Below, piece by piece: positions 20,910 to 28,097 of a DNA stretch of 64,000 nucleotides. The DNA is taken from the NCBI GenBank assembly GCA_036378315.1, contig DASUWU010000046.1, positions 1,253 to 65,252 of the forward strand, read 5' to 3'. Numbering within the stretch: position 1 is the stretch's first letter; the number at the start of each line of letters is the position of its first letter. The DNA comes from Streptosporangiaceae bacterium. Lineage in GTDB: Bacteria; Actinomycetota; Actinomycetes; Streptosporangiales; Streptosporangiaceae. The notes under the pieces were generated by a model that did no database searches, was not told where the DNA came from, and was given only the letters and a program-made list of their open reading frames with translations. Both the position numbers and the translations under genes were made by a program.

Positions 20910-21079
20910 CCCATCCCCCTTTGCGGTCGGGGAAGAGCGATTCAGGATCGTGATCCGGACGCAACAACGACGTAATGAGCAACCCGCCGCACTGCTGACC
21001 CAGCACCCAGGCTAGCTGTCACGGGACGGCACACCAATAGTCAACCGCGACATGACTGTAGAAGTGGGGCGATGCGTAC

Positions 21080-22228
21080 ATGCGGGCCGTGGTGTACCTA
21101 AAGCCCTTCGAGGTGGGAGTTGAGGAAGTCCCCGACCCGCGCATCGAGCAGCCGAACGACGTGATCGTACGGATCACGTCCTCGTGCATCTGCGGGTCCG
21201 ACCTGCACATGTACGAGGGGCGAACATTGGCCGAGCCCGGCATCGTTTTCGGTCACGAGAATCTCGGGATCATCGAGGAGGTCGGCAGCGGCGTCACCCG
21301 CCTGGAGCAGGGTGACCGCGTCGTGATGCCGTTCAACGTGGCCTGCGGATTCTGCAAGAACTGCGTGGCCGGCCGTACCGGATTCTGCCTCACGGTCAAC
21401 CCGTCGGGCTTCGCCGGCGGCGCCTACGGCTATGTGGCCATGGGGCCGTATCCCGGCGGCCAGGCCGAATACCTGCGGGTGCCCTACGCCGACTTCAACT
21501 GCCTGCCGCTGCCGCCGGGCACCGAGCACGAGGCCGACTACGCGCTGCTCGCCGACATCTTCCCGACCGGGTACCACGGCTGCGAGCTCGCCGACGTCTC
21601 GCCAGGGGAGACGGTGGCCGTGTACGGCGCCGGGCCCGTCGGGCTGATGGCCGCGTACTCCGCGCAGCTCCGCGGGGCCTCCCGGGTCTTCGCCGTCGAT
21701 CGCGTGCCCGAGCGGCTCGCCAAGGCGCGGGAGATCGGCGCGATCCCCATCGACTTCTCCCAGGGCGACCCGGTCGAGCAGATCCGGGAGCAGACCGGCG
21801 GCGAAGGTACCGACAAAGGCATCGACGCGGTCGGGTACCAGGCGCTCACGCGGACCGCCGATCGTGAAGACCCGGCCACGGTCTTGAACCAGCTCGTACG
21901 GACCGTGCGCCCGACGGGCGCGCTCGGCGTCCCCGGCCTGTACGTGCCCGCCGACCCCGGCGGGGTCGACGAGCACGCCAGGAAGGGGATGTTGCGGGTC
22001 GCGATCGGCGCGCTGTTCGAGAAGGGACTGCGCGTGGGCACCGGGCAGGCGAACGTCAAGCGCTACAACCGGCAGCTGCGCGACATGATCACCACGGGCC
22101 GGGCCACGCCGAGCTTCGTGGTCTCGCACGAACTTCCGCTCGCCGACGCACCCGACGCCTACCGGAAATTCGACCAGCGCGTGGATGGCTACACCAAAGT
22201 CATCCTCAAACCCGACTCCATCCCATGA
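21080..22228 (+). CDS. fdhA: Zn-dependent, glutathione-independent formaldehyde dehydrogenase-like ADH
   Basis: ICGSDLHMYEGR, GHENLGIIEEVG, FNVACGFCKNCVAGRTGFCLTVNP..AGGAYGYV..GGQAEYLRVPYADFN and FPTGYHG closely track Pseudomonas FdhA as I remember it. Confidence 0.8.
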   Translation: MRAVVYLKPFEVGVEEVPDPRIEQPNDVIVRITSSCICGSDLHMYEGRTLAEPGIVFGHENLGIIEEVGSGVTRLEQGDRVVMPFNVACGFCKNCVAGRTGFCLTVNPSGFAGGAYGYVAMGPYPGGQAEYLRVPYADFNCLPLPPGTEHEADYALLADIFPTGYHGCELADVSPGETVAVYGAGPVGLMAAYSAQLRGASRVFAVDRVPERLAKAREIGAIPIDFSQGDPVEQIREQTGGEGTDKGIDAVGYQALTRTADREDPATVLNQLVRTVRPTGALGVPGLYVPADPGGVDEHARKGMLRVAIGALFEKGLRVGTGQANVKRYNRQLRDMITTGRATPSFVVSHELPLADAPDAYRKFDQRVDGYTKVILKPDSIP

Positions 22229-22346
22229 CCGTAGCCCCCAGGCGAGCATTGCGGAAATCCCTGTCCCGAGCTGCGCCATGCCGTCCAGGAACCATTCGTC
22301 CGCTTCGGCGGAGAAGCAATATCCGTTCTATTTAGGAGGTGACGTA

Positions 22347-22811
22347 ATGGCGACCCCCACCGACGATCGATCCCAACTGGTAAGCAAGTTGGGGCTGGAC
22401 CGGCAAAACGGGGCGGCGCTGGGCCGAGTGCTGGCCACGGGAAACATCGGTGAGGCCGAGGAGGGGCCCGACGGCCGCATGCGGGCCACCATCCGGATCA
22501 AGCCGGACGAGCTGGTCTACGACCCCTCGGTCCTCATCCTTCCCCATGGTGGTGACCTGGATATCGAGATCATCAACGATGACCTCAACACGCATTGCGC
22601 GCTCTTCCCGAGCAATGGCGACAGCCAGTTCATCTGGCTGGTGAACCATTCTCGGGGAACGGCGAGCATCAATCTCGACGGCCCGGGCTACTACTGGTAC
22701 AGCTCCCCCACAGGAAACGACGAAGGCCGGGGTCTGACCGGTGCCATCGTCGTGCTCGGGGAAGTTCCGCCGGAAGCCCGCCTCGACCGTCCGCAGCAGC
22801 CACGACCGTAG
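22347..22811 (+). CDS. Cupredoxin-like small protein associated with the PQQ dehydrogenase (no signal peptide)
   Basis: RBS aggaggt lies 7 nt before the ATG at 22347. The beta-rich sequence runs RATIRIKPDELVYDPSVLILPHGGDLDIEIINDDLNTHCALF...GYYWYSSPTGNDEGRGLTGAIVVLG. It ends 13 nt before the dehydrogenase gene. Confidence 0.75.
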   Translation: MATPTDDRSQLVSKLGLDRQNGAALGRVLATGNIGEAEEGPDGRMRATIRIKPDELVYDPSVLILPHGGDLDIEIINDDLNTHCALFPSNGDSQFIWLVNHSRGTASINLDGPGYYWYSSPTGNDEGRGLTGAIVVLGEVPPEARLDRPQQPRP

Positions 22812-22824
22812 AAAGGAGCAGGCG

Positions 22825-24513
22825 ATGACGGAATATGTGGACGCGGGACATGCCGTCGACTGGGGAACCCTGAGCGGGGTGCCCGGCAGCGCGCCGCCGG
22901 TGGCGCGGAATGTCGATTACCAGCGAATCCTCCAGGCCCGATCGACGGAGCCGCAGAACTGGCTCACCTATTTCGGTGCCTACGACGGGCAGCGCTACAG
23001 CCTGTTGGACCAGATCAACACCGACAACGTCCGGCGCCTCACCCCGGCGTGGGTGTTCCAGTGCGGGCCGGCCGGCCTGCAGGCGGGCGGCTCGACGTAC
23101 GCGTTCGAGGCGACCCCGATCGTGGTCGACGGCATCATGTACGTGACCGGATGGGACGGCTGGGTCTGGGCCCTCAACGCCGTGACCGGGCAGGAGCTCT
23201 GGCGCTACCACCACGCGACCCCGTTCGACACGTCGCTGTGCTGCGGCAACGTCAACCGCGGTGTGGCCGTGGCGCAGGGCAAGGTGTTCGTCGTGAGCCC
23301 CAACGCCCACGTCCTGGCGCTCGACGCCGAGACCGGCAAGTGCGTCTGGGACCGGACGAACGGCGACGTGCGGGCCGGGGAGAGCGCCACGCTCGCTCCG
23401 CTGGTCATCAAGGACAAGGTCATCGTCGGCAGCGCGGGCGGCGAGTTCGGCGTGCGGGGTCACCTCGACGCCTACGACCTGGAGACCGGGGAGCACGCCT
23501 GGCGCACCTACACCATCCCCAAGCCCGGGGAGCCGGGCTCGGAGACGTGGCCGGCGGACGGTGAGCAGTGGGCACGTGGTGGCGGGAATCCCTGGATCAC
23601 CCCCACCTACGACCCGGAGCTGAACCTCCTCTACACCGGGACCGGCAACCCGGCGCCCGACTTCGACGGCGACGTGCGCCCCGGCGACAACCTGTACACC
23701 GACTCGTGCATCGCGGTGAACCCCGACAACGGCGCGCTGGTGTGGCACTACCAGCACAACCCGCACGACCTGTGGGACTACGACAGCATCTCGGAGAACA
23801 TCCTCTTCGACCAGGGCGGTCGCAAGTTCCTCGGTCACTTCAACAAGAACGGCTACGGCTACGTGCTCGACCGCACCAACGGTGAGGTGGAGCGGGTGTT
23901 CCCGTTCGTCGACCGCATCGACTGGGGTGAGATCGACTCCAAGGGACAGATCACGGTCAAGAAGTACCCCGACAAGGAAGGGGAGCCGGTCCACTTCTAC
24001 CCGGGCCCGGGCGGCGGCAAGGAATGGACGCACGCGGCCTACAGCCCGCGGACCGAGCTCTTCTACGTCCCTGTGCAGGACGTCGGGGCGACGGCCACGC
24101 GGCGGCGCAGGGAGTTCAAGGAAGGTATCCCGTACTGGGGCGCCGGCGTCGCCGTGGACTCCGAGGGCATGGCGGGCTGCATCAGCGCCTTCGACCCGGC
24201 CACAGGTCGGGAGGTGTGGCGCTGGCGCAACGAGGTGCCGATGTGCGCGTCGGTGCTGGCCACGGCCGGCGACCTGGTGTTCGCCGGCGAACCCACCGGT
24301 GAGTTCAACGCGCTGAACGCCCGTACCGGTGAGCTGCTGTGGCAGTTCCAGTGCGGCAGCGGCCACCACAGCAGCCCGATGACCTACAGCGCCGGCGGGC
24401 GGCAGTACGTCGCCGTGCCGAGCGGCTGGGGCGGCTGGATCGAGGGGTTCGCGCCGGGCATGCTGGCCGGCACCCACGGAGCCGCGCTCTTCGCCTTCGC
24501 GCTGCCGGAATAG
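22825..24513 (+). CDS. PQQ-dependent dehydrogenase, methanol/ethanol family, lanthanide-type signature
   Basis: RBS gaaaggag before the ATG at 22825. Motifs seen: NWLTYFGAYDGQRYS, vicinal Cys TSLCCGNVNRG, GGGNPW, PHDLWDYDS, and propeller W-motifs. Confidence 0.92.
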   Translation: MTEYVDAGHAVDWGTLSGVPGSAPPVARNVDYQRILQARSTEPQNWLTYFGAYDGQRYSLLDQINTDNVRRLTPAWVFQCGPAGLQAGGSTYAFEATPIVVDGIMYVTGWDGWVWALNAVTGQELWRYHHATPFDTSLCCGNVNRGVAVAQGKVFVVSPNAHVLALDAETGKCVWDRTNGDVRAGESATLAPLVIKDKVIVGSAGGEFGVRGHLDAYDLETGEHAWRTYTIPKPGEPGSETWPADGEQWARGGGNPWITPTYDPELNLLYTGTGNPAPDFDGDVRPGDNLYTDSCIAVNPDNGALVWHYQHNPHDLWDYDSISENILFDQGGRKFLGHFNKNGYGYVLDRTNGEVERVFPFVDRIDWGEIDSKGQITVKKYPDKEGEPVHFYPGPGGGKEWTHAAYSPRTELFYVPVQDVGATATRRRREFKEGIPYWGAGVAVDSEGMAGCISAFDPATGREVWRWRNEVPMCASVLATAGDLVFAGEPTGEFNALNARTGELLWQFQCGSGHHSSPMTYSAGGRQYVAVPSGWGGWIEGFAPGMLAGTHGAALFAFALPE

Positions 24514-24553
24514 CGAGCGCAGCGGTCCCGCTCCGGCGGTCGCCGCCTCGTAA

Positions 24554-24589
24554 CACCATCTCGCTCTACATCACCATCTCGCTCTACAT
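24554..24589 (+). repeat. Perfect 2 x 18-bp tandem repeat just upstream of the pqqA RBS
   Basis: caccatctcgctctacat | caccatctcgctctacat, then c-ggggaggagg (RBS) and the pqqA ATG at 24609. Confidence 0.9.
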
Positions 24590-24608
24590 CGGGGAGGAGG
24601 TGACAAGC

Positions 24609-24707
24609 ATGGACATGGAGACCTGGGAGACCCCCGCTTGCGAAGAGATCAGAGTGTCCGCCGAGGCGAGCGCGTACATGAAGATCTGGGAGTACGGCGG
24701 CGACTAG
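24609..24707 (+). CDS. pqqA: PQQ precursor peptide
   Basis: 32 aa, MDMETWETPACEEIRVSAEASAYMKIWEYGGD. It fits the W-x-x-P...E-x-x-x-Y PqqA core (EASAY). The RBS is ggaggagg and pqqB-E follow. Confidence 0.85.
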   Translation: MDMETWETPACEEIRVSAEASAYMKIWEYGGD

Positions 24708-24854
24708 CCGGGCCGGGCGCCGGGCCGCGGCGGCATGGGGTCCGGCGCCCCCAGTCCGGCACGCGCGGGAAGGACGGGTCCCGGGCCCCGCGGCCCGGGC
24801 CGCGTCTCGGCGGGATCTCCGCGGGGTCCCGCCGGAGCCCGCGGCCCGGCAGCG

Positions 24855-24905
24855 GGCGTTCACAGGGCGGCGGGGTTCACAGGGCGGCGGGGTTCACAGG
24901 GCGGC
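24855..24905 (+). repeat. 3 x 17-bp tandem repeat in the pqqA-pqqB spacer
   Basis: ggcgttcacagggcggc | ggggttcacagggcggc | ggggttcacagggcggc. The repeat ends 20 nt before the pqqB GTG. Confidence 0.9.
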
Positions 24906-24924
24906 GGAAGGACGGCGGATCGGC

Positions 24925-25875
24925 GTGTGGGTGCGGGTGCTGGGATCGGCGGCCGGTGGCGGGTTCCCGCAGTGGAACTGCGCCTGCCCGTCGTGCGGTG
25001 CGGTGCGGGACGGGTCGCGGCCGGCTCGCCGGCGCACCCAGTCGTCGATCGCGGTGAGCGCCGACCGGCGGCTGTGGTTCCTGCTCAACGCCTCGCCCGA
25101 CATCCATGCCCAGATCGAGTCGTTCCCCGCCCTGCATCCGTCCGGCGGCAACCCAGGCGGCGGCCCTGTCGGCGGCCCTGTCGGCGGCCCAGGCGGCGGC
25201 CGGAAGGTCCCGCTGCGGGCGGTGGCGCTCACCGACGCCGAGCTCGACCACACGCTCGGGCTGCTGCTGCTCCGCGAGGGTGGCGGCGTCGAGCTGCACG
25301 CGACCGAGGCGGTGTACGACACACTCCGCGACGGGAGCTCGCTGCTCCGCACGCTCGAGGCGTACTGCCCTGTCGACTGGCATCCGGTCGTCCCGGACGC
25401 CGACGTGGAGCTGGGCGGCGGGCTGGCGTACCGGGCCTTCGACGTGCCCACGACGAAGCGGGCGCGGTTCGGCTCCGGCATCGGCGCCGGAAAGGGACGG
25501 GTCGTCGGCTACCGCCTCACCGGCGGGCGTGGCGGCCGGTCGCTGGTGTACCTGCCGGGCGTACAGGACCTCACGGCGGCGGTGCTCGACCAGCTGGACG
25601 GCTGCGCCTGCCTGCTGGTCGACGGCACCTGCTGGCGCGATGACGAGTTGGTCAGGCTGGGCCTGGCGGGCAAGACGGCGCGCGAGATGGGCCACGTGCC
25701 GATCGAGGGGCCGGGCGGCAGCCTCGAACGGCTGGCGCCGCTCCCCATCGAGCGCAAGATCTACATCCACATCAACAACACCAACCCGATCCTGCTCGAG
25801 GACTCGCCCGAGCGGCGCGTCCTGGAGCGGCACGGCATGGAAGTCGCCGTGGACGGGATGGAACTGCGGATCTGA
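24925..25875 (+). CDS. pqqB: PQQ biosynthesis protein B (metallo-beta-lactamase fold)
   Basis: VWVRVLGSAAGGGFPQWNCACPSC..., TDAELDHTLGLLLLRE, and IHINNTNPIL near the C-terminus. Confidence 0.92.
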   Translation: MWVRVLGSAAGGGFPQWNCACPSCGAVRDGSRPARRRTQSSIAVSADRRLWFLLNASPDIHAQIESFPALHPSGGNPGGGPVGGPVGGPGGGRKVPLRAVALTDAELDHTLGLLLLREGGGVELHATEAVYDTLRDGSSLLRTLEAYCPVDWHPVVPDADVELGGGLAYRAFDVPTTKRARFGSGIGAGKGRVVGYRLTGGRGGRSLVYLPGVQDLTAAVLDQLDGCACLLVDGTCWRDDELVRLGLAGKTAREMGHVPIEGPGGSLERLAPLPIERKIYIHINNTNPILLEDSPERRVLERHGMEVAVDGMELRI

Positions 25876-25884
25876 GGGCCATAG

Positions 25885-26577
25885 ATGACGCTGGCAATCG
25901 AGAACGAGAGCTTCCTCGCGGCGCTGCGCGCGCAGGGCCGCCGGTACCACGACCAGCACCCCTTCCACCGGAGGATGAACGAGGGCGCGCTGAGCCGCCG
26001 CCAGCTCCAGGGCTGGGCGGCCAATCGCTTCTACTACCAGGTGAATCTCCCGCGCAAGGACGCCGCCGTGGTGGCGAACTGCCCGGATCGCGAGGTACGC
26101 CGGCGCTGGATCCAGCGCATCCTCGACCACGACGGCACGGTGGACGGCGGGGGCGGGATCGAGGCGTGGCTGCGGCTGGGCCAGGCGCTGGGCCTGACCC
26201 GGGAGGAGCTGCTCGACGAGCGGCATGTCGTTCCGGGGGTACGGTTCGCCGTCGACGCCTACGTCACCTTCGCCCGTACCCGCCCGTGGGTCGAGGCGGT
26301 GGCCTCCTCGCTCACAGAGCTGTTCGCGCCGGATCTGATGGCCGAGCGGCTGGCCGCCTTCGAGCGGCACTACCCATGGATCGACCGTCAGGGATTGGCC
26401 TACTTCCGGGCCCGCCTGACGCAGGCGCCGCGCGACTCCCAGCACGCCATGCAGGTGGTCACCGAGCACTGCAGGACGGCCGACGAGCAGGCGGCAGCCG
26501 TCGCGGCGCTGTCGTTCAAGTGCGACGTGCTGTGGAGCATGCTGGACTCCATCGATCGCGCCTACCCGGACCGCTAG
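25885..26577 (+). CDS. pqqC: Pyrroloquinoline-quinone synthase
   Basis: [28 protein letters not shown] and the overall PqqC length (230 aa). Confidence 0.92.
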   Translation: MTLAIENESFLAALRAQGRRYHDQHPFHRRMNEGALSRRQLQGWAANRFYYQVNLPRKDAAVVANCPDREVRRRWIQRILDHDGTVDGGGGIEAWLRLGQALGLTREELLDERHVVPGVRFAVDAYVTFARTRPWVEAVASSLTELFAPDLMAERLAAFERHYPWIDRQGLAYFRARLTQAPRDSQHAMQVVTEHCRTADEQAAAVAALSFKCDVLWSMLDSIDRAYPDR

Positions 26578-26579
26578 CC

Positions 26580-26921
26580 ATGCCGGCGCGGACCGTTGAC
26601 GATGCCGACCGCCCCCGCCTTGCCCGGCACGTCCGCCTGAGGTTCGACCGGGCGCGGGGCCGCCACGTGCTGCTGGCGCCCGAGGCGGTCTCGGTGCTGA
26701 ACGGCACGGGCGCCACCATCCTGGGTCTGTGCGACGGCCGGCGCACGGTCTCCGACATCGTGGCGGAGCTGCGCGCCGGCTACGACCGTGTGGACGGCGC
26801 CGAGGTACGGGACTTCATCGCCGGCCTTGTCACCAGGCGATGTGTCGAGGTCGGCGACGGGCCGGTAGCCGACGGACGGGTCGGCGACGGACGGGAGGCG
26901 GGGGATGGACGGACCGGATAG
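26580..26921 (+). CDS. pqqD: PQQ biosynthesis peptide chaperone
   Basis: From the ATG at 26580: RPRLARHVRLRFDRARGRHVLLAPEAVSVLNGTGATILGLCDGRRTVSDIVAEL. It overlaps the pqqE start. Confidence 0.88.
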   Translation: MPARTVDDADRPRLARHVRLRFDRARGRHVLLAPEAVSVLNGTGATILGLCDGRRTVSDIVAELRAGYDRVDGAEVRDFIAGLVTRRCVEVGDGPVADGRVGDGREAGDGRTG

Positions 26922-28041
26922 CCCGTTCGGCATGCTGGCCGAGCTCACCTATGCCTGCCCGCTGCACTGCGCGTACTGCTCCAACCCGCTCAACCTCGCC
27001 GACTACCGCGACGAGCTGACGACGGGGGAGTGGCTGCGGGTGATCGCCGAGGCCGCTGAGCTGGGGGTGCTGCAGCTGCACCTGTCGGGCGGCGAGCCGC
27101 TCCAGCGCCGCGACGTCGTCGAGATCGTCCGCGGCGCCGCCGGGCTCGGCCTGTACACGAACCTCATCACGAGCGCCATCGGCTTCTCCGCTCGCCGTGC
27201 CGAGCAGCTGCGCGCCGCCGGTCTCGACCACGTACAGATCAGCGTTCAGGCCGACGAGGCCGCCTTGTCCGACCGCCTGGCCGGCATGCCGTCGTTCGAC
27301 CGCAAGGTGGCGGCCGCCCGGCTGACGAAGAAGCTGGGCTGGCCGCTGACCCTCAACGTGGTCCTCCACCGGCAGAACATCGACCGGATCGGTCGCGTCC
27401 TCGAGCTCGCCGAGGAGCTGGACGCCGACCGCGTCGAGCTGGCCAACACGCAGTACTACGGCTGGGCCCTGCGCAACCGGGACGGGCTGCTGCCGAGCCG
27501 GGCCCAGCTCGACCGCGCCGAGACAGTGGTGCGTGCGGCTCGGGAGCGGCTGAACGGACGGATGCAGATCATCTACGTGGTCCCCGACTACTACAGCCGG
27601 TATCCCAAGGCCTGCATGGACGGCTGGGGACGGCGGCAGCTCACGGTGACGCCGAACGGCGACGTGCTGCCCTGCCCGACCGCGCATACGGTGCCGCTGC
27701 CGCGCGCCAGCGTGCGCGCGCACTCGCTGGCCTGGATCTGGCAGCGGTCACCCGCCTTCCAGCGTTTCCGCGGTACGGACTGGATGCCCGACCCCTGCCG
27801 CGGCTGCGACCGTCGCGAGCTCGACTTCGGCGGCTGCCGGTGCCAGGCGTTCCAGCTCACCGGGGACGCGGCCCGTACCGATCCGGTCTGCCATCTCTCG
27901 CCGGATCACGGAGTCGTCGCGGCGGCGGTGCGGGCCGCCAACGCGCCGGCCGCCCCGGACGCGCCGACCGGGGCGGCCGGGGACGCGCTCATCCCGCGAC
28001 CGCATCCGCGCGACGTGACCCGGCAAGGCCCACTTCAGTGA
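26905..28041 (+). CDS. pqqE: Radical SAM PQQ biosynthesis enzyme
   Basis: CPLHCAYCSN (CxxxCxxC) plus the C-terminal SPASM cysteines PCRGCDRRELDFGGCRCQA. Confidence 0.93.
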   Translation: MDGPDSPFGMLAELTYACPLHCAYCSNPLNLADYRDELTTGEWLRVIAEAAELGVLQLHLSGGEPLQRRDVVEIVRGAAGLGLYTNLITSAIGFSARRAEQLRAAGLDHVQISVQADEAALSDRLAGMPSFDRKVAAARLTKKLGWPLTLNVVLHRQNIDRIGRVLELAEELDADRVELANTQYYGWALRNRDGLLPSRAQLDRAETVVRAARERLNGRMQIIYVVPDYYSRYPKACMDGWGRRQLTVTPNGDVLPCPTAHTVPLPRASVRAHSLAWIWQRSPAFQRFRGTDWMPDPCRGCDRRELDFGGCRCQAFQLTGDAARTDPVCHLSPDHGVVAAAVRAANAPAAPDAPTGAAGDALIPRPHPRDVTRQGPLQ

Positions 28042-28094
28042 CGCCTTCAGTGACGCCTTCTGTGACGACCCTTTTGTGACGACTTCTGTGACGG
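28033..28094 (+). repeat. Five phased copies of a cttc(a/t)GTGACG(c/a) 12-mer spanning the pqqE stop to the mntP start
   Basis: cttcagtgacgc, cttcagtgacgc, cttctgtgacga, cc, cttttgtgacga, cttctgtgacgg. The pqqE TGA lies inside copy 1. The mntP start follows at 28098/28101. Confidence 0.85.
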
Positions 28095-28097
28095 TGG

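Noticed and set aside
20910-21079. Searched the regulator/fdhA divergent region and 22229..22346 for copies of the 18-bp pqqA repeat or obvious LytTR-type direct repeats.
   Set aside because: No convincing copies were seen by eye. Only a weak GGATC-gt-GATCC inverted repeat is present, which is too short to call.
24339-24608. Upstream 90 codons of the track ORF that contains pqqA.
   Set aside because: The translation is Arg/Ala-rich shadow sequence overlapping the end of the dehydrogenase gene. A strong RBS sits just before the internal ATG at 24609, and PqqA peptides are 20-40 aa.
24554-24905. Tandem repeats around pqqA considered as a mini CRISPR array. The same question applies to the arrays at 28033, 42843 and 55022.
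   Set aside because: The repeats are directly abutting with no unique spacers. Units are only 12-18 nt and there are 2-5 copies. No cas genes are present in the window.
27900-28097. Possible yybP-ykoY manganese riboswitch upstream of mntP.
   Set aside because: The gap to pqqE is only about 56 nt. Neither it nor the pqqE 3-prime end shows the conserved riboswitch core as I remember it. The region is instead filled by the GTGACG 12-mer array.
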